Source: Kineococcus radiotolerans SRS30216 = ATCC BAA-149 (GTDB taxonomy: Bacteria; Actinomycetota; Actinomycetes; Actinomycetales; Kineococcaceae). From it: a stretch of DNA of 32,000 bases. The notes under the pieces are model-generated. The model did not search any database and was not told where the DNA came from. It was given only the letters and a program-made list of their open reading frames with translations. Made by a program: the position numbers and the translations under genes. Shown piece after piece: positions 8,526-19,839 of this stretch (its first letter is position 1; each line of letters opens with the position of its first letter). The stretch lies in NCBI RefSeq assembly GCF_000017305.1, contig NC_009664.2, positions 960,001-992,000 of the forward strand, in the 5' to 3' direction.

Positions 8526-9221
8526 GTGCGTCTCGTCATCGCCCGCTGCTCCGTCGACTACGCGGGCCGGCTCGCCGCCCACCTGCCCCTGGCCACCCGG
8601 CTGCTGCTGGTGAAGGCCGACGGCAGCGTCCTGGTCCACTCCGACGGCGGCTCCTACAAGCCGCTGAACTGGATGAGCCCGCCGGCCCGCCTCACCGTCG
8701 CGGTGCCCGACGAGGACGCGCGCGAGGCGGGCGTCACCGAGACGTGGACGGTGCAGCACACCAAGACCGACGACCGGCTCGTGGTCTCGATCCACGAGGT
8801 CCTGCACGACAGCGAGCACGAGCTCGGCGTGGACCCCGGGCTGGTGAAGGACGGTGTCGAGGCGCACCTGCAGAAGCTGCTGGCCGACAACATCACGACG
8901 CTGGGCGCGGGCTACACCCTCGTCCGCCGCGAGTTCATGACCGCGATCGGGCCGGTGGACATCCTGGCCCGCGACGGCGACGGGGCCGCGGTGGCCGTGG
9001 AGATCAAGCGGCGCGGGGAGATCGACGGCGTCGAGCAGCTCACCCGCTACCTGGAGCTGATGAACCGCGACCCGCTGCTGACCCCCGTGACGGGGGTGTT
9101 CGCGGCGCAGGAGATCAAGCCGCAGGCCCGCACGCTGGCGACCGACCGCGGCATCCGGTGCGTCGTGCTGGACTACGACGCCCTGAGGGGCATCGACGAC
9201 GTGGACGCCCGGCTGTTCTGA
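8526..9221 (+). CDS. nucS: Endonuclease NucS (EndoMS), non-canonical mismatch repair nuclease
   Basis: GTG at 8526. The N-terminus is [16 protein letters not shown]. The C-terminal RecB-like nuclease block reads GPVDILARD...[21 protein letters not shown]. Confidence 0.9.
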   Translation: MRLVIARCSVDYAGRLAAHLPLATRLLLVKADGSVLVHSDGGSYKPLNWMSPPARLTVAVPDEDAREAGVTETWTVQHTKTDDRLVVSIHEVLHDSEHELGVDPGLVKDGVEAHLQKLLADNITTLGAGYTLVRREFMTAIGPVDILARDGDGAAVAVEIKRRGEIDGVEQLTRYLELMNRDPLLTPVTGVFAAQEIKPQARTLATDRGIRCVVLDYDALRGIDDVDARLF

Positions 9222-9703
9222 GCGGCGGTCTCCCGGGGCCGCAGGAGGGCCTCGGCCCGGGCCCGGCGCAGCGCGGTGCGCTGGGCGGGGTCGGCGACCT
9301 CGTCCTCCACCTGCAGGACCCGGTGCAGCTTGGTGACCCGCAGCAGCCGCAGGGCGGGCAGCGGGACGTCGCGCAGGACGAGCCGGCGCCCGATCCGCTG
9401 CGCGCGCCGGTGGGCGCCCACGAGCACCCCCAGGCCGGTCGCGTCGGCGACGACGATCCCGCCGACGTGGACGACGAGCTCACCCCGCCCCGCGTCGACC
9501 GCGGTGTGCAGCGCGGAGCGCACGTCGGGCACGGTGCGCACGTCGAGGCGGCCCACCAGGTGCAGGACCTGCCCGGGCACCTCCTCGTGCACGCTCGCGC
9601 CCTGGCCGGGTGTGGAGCGCGCGGCGCGGCGCGCGGCCACGTCGTCGGCGGTGCTGGGCGCGACGAGCTCGGTCGTCGGTGCTGCTGCGATTCCGATCGC
9701 CAT
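9173..9703 (-). CDS. STAS-domain protein (anti-sigma-factor-antagonist type), 176 aa
   Basis: ATG at 9703 is preceded by GGGGGAGGAA. The STAS core is [20 protein letters not shown]...[49 protein letters not shown]. There is an N-terminal ~35-aa extension and a C-terminal ~45-aa tail. Confidence 0.7.
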   Translation of the reverse strand: MAIGIAAAPTTELVAPSTADDVAARRAARSTPGQGASVHEEVPGQVLHLVGRLDVRTVPDVRSALHTAVDAGRGELVVHVGGIVVADATGLGVLVGAHRRAQRIGRRLVLRDVPLPALRLLRVTKLHRVLQVEDEVADPAQRTALRRARAEALLRPRETAAQNSRASTSSMPLRAS

Positions 9704-9914
9704 GTGTTCCTCCCCCGAGGAGCCGGTCGTGATCGTCGTGATCGTCACCGGTCTGACGCAGGGCACCGCCGGCGGGTTGCGCACCCTCGCGACAGCTCAC
9801 CCTGTGAGCACACTCTGCCACCGATGGGTACCGCTCCGTGAGCGAATTCGCCGCCGTTGCCAATCGGTGACCATCCGGGGGACGTCCCCTGGACACGGCG
9901 GGGATGATGGCCCC

Positions 9915-10244
9915 ATGACCTGGGGCAGCTACCACTACGCGCTCGGGCCGACCATCGCCCTGGTCGCGGTCGCCGTGCTGGTGCTGCTGCTGCGGTGGAC
10001 GTTCTCCCACGGCCGCTCGCTGGTGGAACGGCGCCCGCAGCGCGGGACCAGCGAGGAGTACGGCCTGCTCGAGGTGGTCTCCTCGCCCAGCACCTTCGTG
10101 GAGGCCGAGGTGCAGCGCCAGACGCTGCTCGCGGCCGGCATCCGCGCCACCCTGGCCCCCACGACGGAGGGGCCGCGGGTCATGGTGTTCCCGAAGGAGG
10201 CCGGGCTGGCCCGCCAGGTCCTGGCCGGGCCGCCGCGGCCCTGA
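9915..10244 (+). CDS. Small single-pass membrane protein (109 aa), unknown function
   Basis: ATG at 9915 lies in frame in the track ORF. One TM helix (GPTIALVAVAVLVLLL) is followed by a soluble domain, GLLEVVSSPSTFVEAEVQRQTLLAAGIRATL...VMVFPKEAGLARQVL. I recognise no family with certainty. Confidence 0.5.
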   Translation: MTWGSYHYALGPTIALVAVAVLVLLLRWTFSHGRSLVERRPQRGTSEEYGLLEVVSSPSTFVEAEVQRQTLLAAGIRATLAPTTEGPRVMVFPKEAGLARQVLAGPPRP

Positions 10245-10259
10245 GGCCGCGGCCGGCGG

Positions 10260-10700
10260 TCAGTGGACGTTGACGTTCTGCCCCGGGGGCGCCGACTCCA
10301 GCCAAGAGGCGAAGCCCGTGTAGGCGTCGTGGCTCATCGCGAGCTCGATGACGACACCCTCGTGGTGGCACTCCACGATCATCGCCCCCGGCTGCACCGC
10401 CACGAGCTCGGTCCCCTCGGCCTCGCGGAACAGGGTCACGCCGAGCGCCCGCCGTGCGTAGGTGCACGACGGGCGCGGGGACAGCGAGAAGGTGCGGTAC
10501 CAGTCCAGGCGGTCGGTCTCGTAGCGCGCCACCCCGAGGGCCCACCGGCGGCGGGTCCCCCGGGCCTGGCGCACCGAGCAGTCGAAGGTGCCCAGCCGCG
10601 ACGTCAGCCGACGCCGGCGGAGGACCACCGCCACGAGGAGGGCGAGGAGGAGGACGGCGCAGGCCCCTGCGATCTCCAGGGAGAGCAGGAGCTCGTGCAC
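10260..10700 (-). CDS. DUF2550-type membrane protein conserved downstream of atpC in actinobacteria
   Basis: 146 aa with a GTG start. It has an N-terminal TM helix followed by RRRR, then GTFDCSVR...WALGVARYETDRLDWYR. It starts 19 bp downstream of atpC, the same position as Rv1312 in M. tuberculosis (from memory). Confidence 0.7.
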   Translation of the reverse strand: MHELLLSLEIAGACAVLLLALLVAVVLRRRRLTSRLGTFDCSVRQARGTRRRWALGVARYETDRLDWYRTFSLSPRPSCTYARRALGVTLFREAEGTELVAVQPGAMIVECHHEGVVIELAMSHDAYTGFASWLESAPPGQNVNVH

Positions 10701-10719
10701 CGGGTCCGTCCAGCCGTTC

Positions 10720-10988
10720 TCAGCGCGTTCCCGCGCCGACCTCGACGGACTCGGCCACGATCGTCACCTTGTCGTGGTCGACGGAGAAGAACCCGCCGGT
10801 CACCGTCGCGGTGACGCCCTCGGAGCCGGAACCGGTGATGGAGACCTCGCCGGGGGCGAGGATCGCCAGCAGCGGCTCGTGGCCACCCATGATGCCGATC
10901 TCACCCTCCGCGGTGCGGGCGCGGACCAGCGAGGCCTCGCCCGACCACACGGAGCGGTCAGCGGCCACCAGGTCGACCTGGAGAGCCA

Positions 10989-10989
<1 letters not shown>
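10720..10989 (-). CDS. atpC: F1 ATP synthase epsilon subunit, short form (89 aa, beta-sandwich domain only)
   Basis: Its ATG overlaps the atpD stop by 1 nt (TGATG). The N-terminal domain motifs are VDLVAADRSVWSGEA...GEIGIMGGHEPLLAIL...GGFFSV. The sequence ends right after the beta-sandwich. Confidence 0.85.
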
Positions 10990-13423
<2,434 letters not shown>

Positions 13424-13476
13424 GTCCTGCTCCTCTTCCTTGCCGCTCGGTCCGTGCCGTCAGTGCCGGGGAAGCC

Positions 13477-15135
13477 TCAGCCGCGAGCGGCCGTGGCCCC
13501 GCCCTTGCGGGTGGTGATCTTCTCCTGCGAGATGTCGTCGGCGTCGGTCGCGCCCGCGTCGACGTCCTTCGGCACGTTCGAGCCCTTCGAACCGCCGGAG
13601 AACTGCGGCTTGAACGCGTCGACGGCCTTCTTCAGCTCGTCCTTGGCCCCGTCGGAGAACTGCTTCGTCTCGCGGATGCCCTGCATGACGCCGGCGTGGT
13701 TGCGCTTGACGTACTCGAGGAACTCGCGCTCGAAGCGGGAGATGTCGCTCACCTCGACGGAGTCGAGCTGACCGGTGGTACCGGCCCAGATCGAGACGAC
13801 CTGCTCCTCGAGGGAGAACGGCGTGTACTGCGGCTGCTTGAGCAGCTCCACGAGGCGCGCGCCGCGGGCGAGCTGGTTGCGCGAGGCCTGGTCGAGGTCG
13901 GAGGCGAACATCGCGAACGCCTCCATCGCCCGGAACTGGGCCAGGTCCAGCTTCAGCGTGCCGGAGATCCCCTTGATGGCCTTCGTCTGCGCGGCGCCGC
14001 CGACGCGGGACACCGAGATGCCGACGTCGATGGCGGGACGCTGGTTGGCGTTGAAGAGGTCCGACTGGAGGAAGATCTGGCCGTCGGTGATGGAGATGAC
14101 GTTGGTCGGGATGTACGCCGAGACGTCGTTGCCCTTGGTCTCGATGAACGGCAGACCCGTCATCGACCCGCCGCCGAGCTCGTCGGACAGCTTCGCGCAG
14201 CGCTCCAGCAGGCGGGAGTGCAGGTAGAAGACGTCACCGGGGTAGGCCTCGCGGCCCGGCGGACGACGCAGCAGCAGCGACACGGCGCGGTAGGCCTCGG
14301 CCTGCTTCGACAGGTCGTCGAACACGATGAGGACGTGCTTGCCGCCGTACATCCAGTGCTGCCCGATGGAGGAGCCGGTGTAGGGGGCCAGGTACTTGAA
14401 GCCGGCCGGGTCGGACGCGGGGGCGGCGACGATGGTCGTGTACTCCATCGCGCCGGCCTCCTCGAGGCTGCGACGCACCGCGGCGATGGTCGAGCCCTTC
14501 TGGCCGATGGCGACGTAGATGCAGCGGACCTGCTGCTTCGGGTCGCCGCTCTCCCAGTTGGCCTTCTGGTTGATGATCGTGTCGATCGCGATGGCGCTCT
14601 TGCCGGTCTGGCGGTCGCCGATGATCAGCTGACGCTGGCCGCGGCCGACGGGGATCATGGCGTCGATGGCCTTGATGCCGGTCTGCAGCGGCTCGCGGAC
14701 CTCCTGGCGCTGCATGACCGAGGGGGCCTGCAGCTCCAGGGCGCGGCGGGTCTCGGCCTCGATCGGCCCGAGGCCGTCGATGGGCGCGCCCAGCGGGTCG
14801 ACGACGCGGCCCAGGAAGTTGTCACCGACCGGCACGGAGAGGACCTCCCCGGTGCGGTGCACCTCCTGGCCCTCCTCGATGCCGGCGTAGTCGCCGAGGA
14901 CGACGACGCCGATGTCGCGGACGTCGAGGTTCTGGGCCAGGCCCAGGGTCCCGTCCTGGAAGCGGAGGAGTTCGTTCGCCATGACCGAGGGCAGGCCCTC
15001 GACGTGGGCGATGCCGTCGCCCGCGTCGGTCACGCGGCCGACTTCCTCACGCGCGGCGGTTCCGGGGTCGTACGACGCCACGAAGGCGTCGAGAGCGTCC
15101 CGGATCTCCTCCGGGCGGATGGTCAGCTCGGCCAT
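13477..15135 (-). CDS. atpA: F1 ATP synthase alpha subunit with a ~40-aa C-terminal extension
   Basis: 552 aa with P-loop GDRQTGKS, plus YDDLSKQAxAYR-type ([12 protein letters not shown]) and [20 protein letters not shown]. There is extra C-terminal sequence after ...AVDAFKPQF. Confidence 0.97.
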   Translation of the reverse strand: MAELTIRPEEIRDALDAFVASYDPGTAAREEVGRVTDAGDGIAHVEGLPSVMANELLRFQDGTLGLAQNLDVRDIGVVVLGDYAGIEEGQEVHRTGEVLSVPVGDNFLGRVVDPLGAPIDGLGPIEAETRRALELQAPSVMQRQEVREPLQTGIKAIDAMIPVGRGQRQLIIGDRQTGKSAIAIDTIINQKANWESGDPKQQVRCIYVAIGQKGSTIAAVRRSLEEAGAMEYTTIVAAPASDPAGFKYLAPYTGSSIGQHWMYGGKHVLIVFDDLSKQAEAYRAVSLLLRRPPGREAYPGDVFYLHSRLLERCAKLSDELGGGSMTGLPFIETKGNDVSAYIPTNVISITDGQIFLQSDLFNANQRPAIDVGISVSRVGGAAQTKAIKGISGTLKLDLAQFRAMEAFAMFASDLDQASRNQLARGARLVELLKQPQYTPFSLEEQVVSIWAGTTGQLDSVEVSDISRFEREFLEYVKRNHAGVMQGIRETKQFSDGAKDELKKAVDAFKPQFSGGSKGSNVPKDVDAGATDADDISQEKITTRKGGATAARG

Positions 15136-15238
15136 GGAAGCCCCTGCTCTCCTTCTCGGTCCTGCAGTTCTCGAAGTCCATTGTCCCCCCGCGCGGGGCG
15201 GAGGGTGTACGGGTGCGTCCGGCCGGTGGCCGAGGGCT

Positions 15239-16069
15239 TCAGCCGGCGAGCCGGCGGCGGGCCTCGTCCAACCGGGTCGAGATCGACCCGTCGATGACGT
15301 CGTCGCCGACGCTGACGCGCAGGCCCCCCACCAGGTGGGGGTCGACGTCGAGGTTGACGCGGATGGCGCGCCCGTACTGGCGCGACAGCGTGGCGGCGAG
15401 CCGCTCGCGCTGGGCGTCGGTCAGCGGGGTCGCCGAGACGACGTGGGCCACGAGCTGCTCACGGCGCTTGGCCACGACCTCGACCCACTCCTCCAGCAGC
15501 CGCTCGGCCCGCATCCCCCGCGAGGAGGAGGCGGCGCGACGCGCCAGCTGGACGGTCTCGGGCGAGGCCTTGCCCAGCAGCAGCCGGGCGGCCAGGGACG
15601 CGCGGTTGGCGTCGGGGGCGGTGCGGTCGGCCAGCGCGTCCCGCAGCGCGGGGCTGCCCGCGACGGTCCGCGCGAACCGGAAGAGCTCGTCCTCCAGCGC
15701 GTCCAGGTGCCCCGACCTCTCGGCCTGGGTGACGACCGCGACGACGGCGAGCCGCTCGGTGGCGTCGGACAGGTCGCGACCGGCCGCCCAGCGGGCCGAG
15801 GCCAGCGCGACGACGGTCTCGAGGGCCGCCGGGGTGATCCGCCCGGACAGCGTGCGGCGGACGAACTCCGCCTTGGCCGCCCCCGAGCGGGAGGGGTCGG
15901 TCAGCGCCCGGCGCAGGCCGACCGAGGAGTCGAGCAGGCTGGTGACGGCGAAGAGGTCCTCCCCCGTCTTGCCCGCGTCGGCCCCCTCGGCCGACAGCTG
16001 CACGTCGAGCACCTGCTGCGCGGCGGCGAGGCTCGCCTTCGCGACGCCGGCGTCGAGCTCTCCGCTCAT
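15239..16069 (-). CDS. atpH: F1 ATP synthase delta (OSCP) subunit, long actinobacterial form (276 aa)
   Basis: ATGA overlap with atpF. The C-terminal OSCP motif is [25 protein letters not shown]. The N-terminal helical module is duplicated (see findings). Confidence 0.9.
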   Translation of the reverse strand: MSGELDAGVAKASLAAAQQVLDVQLSAEGADAGKTGEDLFAVTSLLDSSVGLRRALTDPSRSGAAKAEFVRRTLSGRITPAALETVVALASARWAAGRDLSDATERLAVVAVVTQAERSGHLDALEDELFRFARTVAGSPALRDALADRTAPDANRASLAARLLLGKASPETVQLARRAASSSRGMRAERLLEEWVEVVAKRREQLVAHVVSATPLTDAQRERLAATLSRQYGRAIRVNLDVDPHLVGGLRVSVGDDVIDGSISTRLDEARRRLAG

Positions 16070-16632
16070 CGGGAGGACGCTCCCGACTCGCTGCGCTCGA
16101 GGTCGGCGAGGAACCGGTCCACGACACCGCTCTGACGAGCGGAGTCCTGCAGCGACTCACCCACGATGCGGCCGGCGAGGTCGGTCGCGAGACGGCCGAC
16201 CTCCGCGCGCAGCTGCGCCGTGGCCTGGACGCGCTCGGCCTCGATGGTCGCGCGCGCCGCGGTGGTGATGCGCTCGGACTCGGCCTGCGCCTGCTCCCGC
16301 ATCTCGGCGAGGATCTGCGCACCCTGCTGGCGCGCCTCCTCGCGGATGCGGTTGGCCTCGCCGCGGGCGTCCGCGAGCTGGGCCTTGTACTGCTCGAGGG
16401 CGACCTGGGCTTCCGCCTGGGCCTTCTCCGCCTTCTCGACGTTGCCCTCGATGGCCGCGCGCCGCTCCTCGTACATCGCTTCGAGGCGGGGGACGACCTT
16501 CTTCGCGATCACCGCGTAGATGATGATCGCGAAGATGATGCCGACGATCAGCTCGCCGAGGTGCGGCAGGATCGGGTAGGTCGGGTTCCCCTCGACCTCT
16601 TCACCGGCTGCGGCGAAGGCTGCTACGAGCAC
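16066..16632 (-). CDS. atpF: Fo ATP synthase b subunit
   Basis: 188 aa. GTG start preceded by GAAGGAGGAAAC. It has a single N-terminal TM helix (LIVGIIFAIIIYAVIA) followed by a long Ala/Glu/Arg coiled coil. Confidence 0.9.
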   Translation of the reverse strand: MLVAAFAAAGEEVEGNPTYPILPHLGELIVGIIFAIIIYAVIAKKVVPRLEAMYEERRAAIEGNVEKAEKAQAEAQVALEQYKAQLADARGEANRIREEARQQGAQILAEMREQAQAESERITTAARATIEAERVQATAQLRAEVGRLATDLAGRIVGESLQDSARQSGVVDRFLADLERSESGASSR

Positions 16633-16678
16633 GTTTCCTCCTTCGGGCTCAGGGCAACGGTCAGTTCAGCTGGGCTGA

Positions 16679-16903
16679 TCAGCCGTTGGGGTTGGTACCC
16701 GAGAAGACGAAGGCGAGGGCGATGCCGAAGATGGCGAGCGCTTCCGCGAGGACGAACCCGAGGATGGCGATGCTCTGGAGCATGCCGCGGGCTTCGGGCT
16801 GACGGGCGGCGCCGTTGATGTAGGCCGCGAAGATCAGGCCGATGCCGATGCCCGGGCCGATGGCGGAGAGACCGTAACCGACGATGGCGAGGGAGCCGTA
16901 CAT
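16679..16903 (-). CDS. atpE: Fo ATP synthase c subunit
   Basis: 74 aa forming a two-helix hairpin. It has the loop ARQPE and a carboxylate Glu in [12 protein letters not shown]. Confidence 0.92.
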   Translation of the reverse strand: MYGSLAIVGYGLSAIGPGIGIGLIFAAYINGAARQPEARGMLQSIAILGFVLAEALAIFGIALAFVFSGTNPNG

Positions 16904-16967
16904 GGTCCTCTGTCATTCCTTTCGTTGCCGGTGCGCGCGCCGCGCCCCGGGTTCTGGGTGGGGCGGT

Positions 16968-17756
16968 TCAGTGCTCGTCAGCGAGGGCGCTGGCGATGAA
17001 GGTGGCGGCGAGCATCGTGTAGACGTACGCCTGGAGGAACTCGACGAAGAGTTCGAAGAGGGTGAGGACGAAGGCCATGGCGATCGTCGGGACGCCGACG
17101 AGCTTCAGCCCGAAGCCGCCGTGCAGGAACATGTACTCCGCGCCGGTGATGAACAGCACGAGGATGAGGTGGCCGGCGAACATGTTGCCGAAGAGCCGCA
17201 GCGTGATCGTCACCGGCTGGATGACGACGATCGAGAGCACCTCGAGCAGGAAGACCAGCGGCACGATCGGCTTGGGCAGGCCGTGGGGCACGACACCGGC
17301 GAAGTAGGCCGCGAAGCCCTTCTTGCGGATACCGACCGTGTGGTAGACGAGGTACAGGATGATCGTCAGGGCCAGCGGGAAGGCGATGCGGCCCATCGTC
17401 GGGTACTGGATCGGCGGGATGACGCCGAACAGGTTGTTGACGAGGATCACCGAGAAGAAGGTGAAGAGCAGCGGGACGAACTTGCGGAAGTCCTTGCTGC
17501 CGATGATGTCGCGGGCGATGCTGTTGCGGACGAAGCCGTAGGCGGCCTCGACCACCATCTGCTTCTTGCCCGGGACCACCGCGAGCCGCTTGGTCCCGGC
17601 CAGCAGCAGCCAGAGGATCAGCACAGCGGACAGCGCGAAGACGATGGCCGGGCGCGTGATCGCGAACGGGCCGCTCCCGATCAGGGGCTGCCAGAACATC
17701 TCCGCGTCGGGCGCGGTGTACCCGTGCTCCGCGGCAGCCAGCAGGGGCAGGCTCAC
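16968..17756 (-). CDS. atpB: Fo ATP synthase a subunit
   Basis: 262 aa, polytopic. The essential-Arg region is ITLRLFGNMFAGH. GTG start preceded by GGAGGAG. Confidence 0.93.
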   Translation of the reverse strand: MSLPLLAAAEHGYTAPDAEMFWQPLIGSGPFAITRPAIVFALSAVLILWLLLAGTKRLAVVPGKKQMVVEAAYGFVRNSIARDIIGSKDFRKFVPLLFTFFSVILVNNLFGVIPPIQYPTMGRIAFPLALTIILYLVYHTVGIRKKGFAAYFAGVVPHGLPKPIVPLVFLLEVLSIVVIQPVTITLRLFGNMFAGHLILVLFITGAEYMFLHGGFGLKLVGVPTIAMAFVLTLFELFVEFLQAYVYTMLAATFIASALADEH

Positions 17757-17844
17757 GTCAACTCCTCCGTGCGAACTTCATCGTGGGTACGGGGCCGGAG
17801 TGCCGGCCGCGTGGCCCCCTGAACAGTGGTCGGGCGTCTCGCGG

Positions 17845-18075
17845 TCAGTGCGTACCGTACCGGAGCCACACGTAGTACAAGGTCAACGCCTTGCCGACGA
17901 CCAGGCCGATCCCCACGATGAAGCGGGTCCCGAGCAGGTGGTCGACGCCCCAGCCCGCCATGGCGCCCATGAAGGCCCCGGCGATGAGGTACGAGGTGAT
18001 GCTCCAGGCGACCTTCTCGGTCAGCCCGTTGCCGATGTCGCTGGACGCGTCGTTCGACGGCCGGTCGAGGATCAC
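17845..18075 (-). CDS. AtpZ/AtpI-like small membrane protein (76 aa)
   Basis: GTG at 18075 overlaps the upstream stop (GTGA). Two TM helices carry AGAFMGAMAGWGVDHLLGT..FIVGIGLVVGKALTLYYV, typical of the small 'ATPase gene 1' family found upstream of atpB. Confidence 0.6.
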   Translation of the reverse strand: MILDRPSNDASSDIGNGLTEKVAWSITSYLIAGAFMGAMAGWGVDHLLGTRFIVGIGLVVGKALTLYYVWLRYGTH

Positions 18076-18509
18076 TTCTGCGCCTCGTCCGTCATGAAGA
18101 TCGGGATGCGCAGCTTCATGAACCCGCGCAGCTCGGCCGCCAGCCAGAAGACGGCCGTGATGATGACCGTGAACCCGAGGGCGGGACCGGAGATCCCGTC
18201 CACCCGGGTCAGCAGCACCATCGCCACGCCGAGCAGCACGACCTTGACCGAGTAGACGACCATCGCGGTCATCATGATCAGGTGGGGCCGGGCGCGGGTG
18301 ACCTTGCGCATCACGACCAGCCGGGCCCCGAAGAACCCGACGACGATCGCTCCGCCGATCAGGGCCGAGAGGCCCGCGGCCGTCCCCTGCCAGATCCACG
18401 CGACGGCGACGCACACCAGGGCGACAGCGCCCGACACCGCGGAGGCGCGGCGGAGCAGGATGCCGAAGGCCTCGGCGGCCTGGACTCCTGCGTCGGTGCT
18501 GGTGCTCAC
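18072..18509 (-). CDS. atpI: ATP synthase protein I-like polytopic membrane protein (145 aa)
   Basis: GTG start, four hydrophobic helices, first gene of the atp cluster. The assignment rests on position and topology rather than strong motifs. Confidence 0.55.
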   Translation of the reverse strand: MSTSTDAGVQAAEAFGILLRRASAVSGAVALVCVAVAWIWQGTAAGLSALIGGAIVVGFFGARLVVMRKVTRARPHLIMMTAMVVYSVKVVLLGVAMVLLTRVDGISGPALGFTVIITAVFWLAAELRGFMKLRIPIFMTDEAQK

Positions 18510-18577
18510 GGGTTCTTCTCTCGTCGTCGGCGGGTCGTCCGGCGGGACAGGCTCATCGGCGGCAACCCCGGGCGCGT

Positions 18578-18614
18578 GGAACGTTCCGGGGAGACTTCGT
18601 GAAAGCTATCACGA
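18578..18614 (-). promoter_or_regulatory. Candidate atp operon promoter/operator: extended -10 TGATAGCTT inside an 18-bp near-palindrome, plus a 10-bp palindrome
   Basis: tcgtgaaagctatcacga (18597-18614) pairs at 8 of 9 positions. On the minus strand it contains TGATAGCTT (TGN plus TANNNT). ggaacgttcc (18578-18587) is a perfect palindrome. This is the only relatively A/T-containing island in the 145-bp wecA-atpI spacer. Confidence 0.3.
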
Positions 18615-18654
18615 GCGGACGGGTCTCCTACGTCGCGTCGTGGACGGGCGCCGC

Positions 18655-19839
18655 TCACGTGCGCGACGTCTCGGAGCGCGAGGGCACGACGGCGCCGCGC
18701 ACCGGTCCGTCCTCCCCCGCCACCGCGGCCACGGGCTCCGCCACCGGCCGGTTCCGCCGCCAGTACAGCGGCAGGAACGTCACCGCCAGCACCACGCACC
18801 CCGCGGCGGAGGCCACCGCGAAGGCCTGGGTCAGGGGCAGGAACGCCGAGGAGGCCACCCCGAAGCTGAGGAACGCCGCCCAGGAGTACATGACGAGCAC
18901 CGCGACGCGGTGGGAGTGACCCATCTGGAGCAACCGGTGGTGCAGGTGCTTCTTGTCGGGGTGCCAGAAGGCCTTGCCGGCGCGGGTGCGGCGCACCACG
19001 GCGAGCACCATGTCGCTGAAGGGCACGAGCAGGACCGCGATGGGCAGCAGCAGGGGGAAGAACGCGGGGGCGATCTGCTCGTCCGCCACCGTCTCCGGGT
19101 CCACGGTGCTGGTGGCGGCGATGGTCGAGCTGGCCATGAGCAGCCCGAGCAGCATCGACCCGGAGTCGCCCATGAAGATGCGGGCCGGGTGGAAGTTGTG
19201 CGGGAGGAACCCCAGGCACACCCCGACCGTGATCGCGGCGATGAGCGTGGCCAGGGAGGAGAAGTCGTCGGGGACGCTGCCGCGCTGCAGAGCGTAGGAG
19301 TAGCCGAAGAAGGCGATGGAGCCGATGCCCACGATGCCGGCGGCCAGCCCGTCGAGGCCGTCGACGAAGTTCACCGCGTTCACCGAGACCAGCACCACGA
19401 GGATCGTGATGACCATCATGGTGCGGCCCGAGAGCAGGGTGACCCCACCGATGGGCAGCTGCAGCAGGCTCACGCCCTGCCAGCCCATGATCCCCGCGGC
19501 CAGCACCTGACCGGCGAGCTTGGTGACGGCGTCGAGCTGGACGATGTCGTCGGCGACCCCGACGGCACAGACCACCGCGGCGCCGACCAGCACCCACAGC
19601 GGGCCGGGGTCGGTGTCGAAGACGCGGGAGAGGAAGGGGACCTGGCTCGCCACCACGAGCGCGGCGACCATCCCGCAGAGCATCGCCACCCCGCCCATGC
19701 GCGGGACGGGCACCGAGTGCACGTCCCGGTCGCGCAGCGGGGTGATCGCGCCGACGCGCTGGGCGAGGCGCCGCACCAGGGGGGTCGTCAGGTACGTGAC
19801 GGCCGCGGCCACCACGATGACGAGCAGGTAGGCCCTCAT
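18655..19839 (-). CDS. wecA: Polyprenyl-phosphate GlcNAc-1-phosphate transferase (WecA/Rfe, MraY-like GT4 family)
   Basis: 394 aa, polytopic. Motifs are VGVADD, NAVNFVDGLDGLA, MGDSGSMLLG and HLHHRL. ATGA overlap with the upstream tsaC. Confidence 0.9.
   Translation of the reverse strand: MRAYLLVIVVAAAVTYLTTPLVRRLAQRVGAITPLRDRDVHSVPVPRMGGVAMLCGMVAALVVASQVPFLSRVFDTDPGPLWVLVGAAVVCAVGVADDIVQLDAVTKLAGQVLAAGIMGWQGVSLLQLPIGGVTLLSGRTMMVITILVVLVSVNAVNFVDGLDGLAAGIVGIGSIAFFGYSYALQRGSVPDDFSSLATLIAAITVGVCLGFLPHNFHPARIFMGDSGSMLLGLLMASSTIAATSTVDPETVADEQIAPAFFPLLLPIAVLLVPFSDMVLAVVRRTRAGKAFWHPDKKHLHHRLLQMGHSHRVAVLVMYSWAAFLSFGVASSAFLPLTQAFAVASAAGCVVLAVTFLPLYWRRNRPVAEPVAAVAGEDGPVRGAVVPSRSETSRT

Noticed and set aside
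10701-10722. Short epsilon arising from a frameshift or premature stop, with the helical domain encoded downstream
   Set aside because: Only 19 bp separate the atpC stop from the DUF2550 start. The downstream gene is in a different frame and encodes an N-terminal TM helix, not the epsilon helical hairpin. A sequencing error cannot be excluded without reads.
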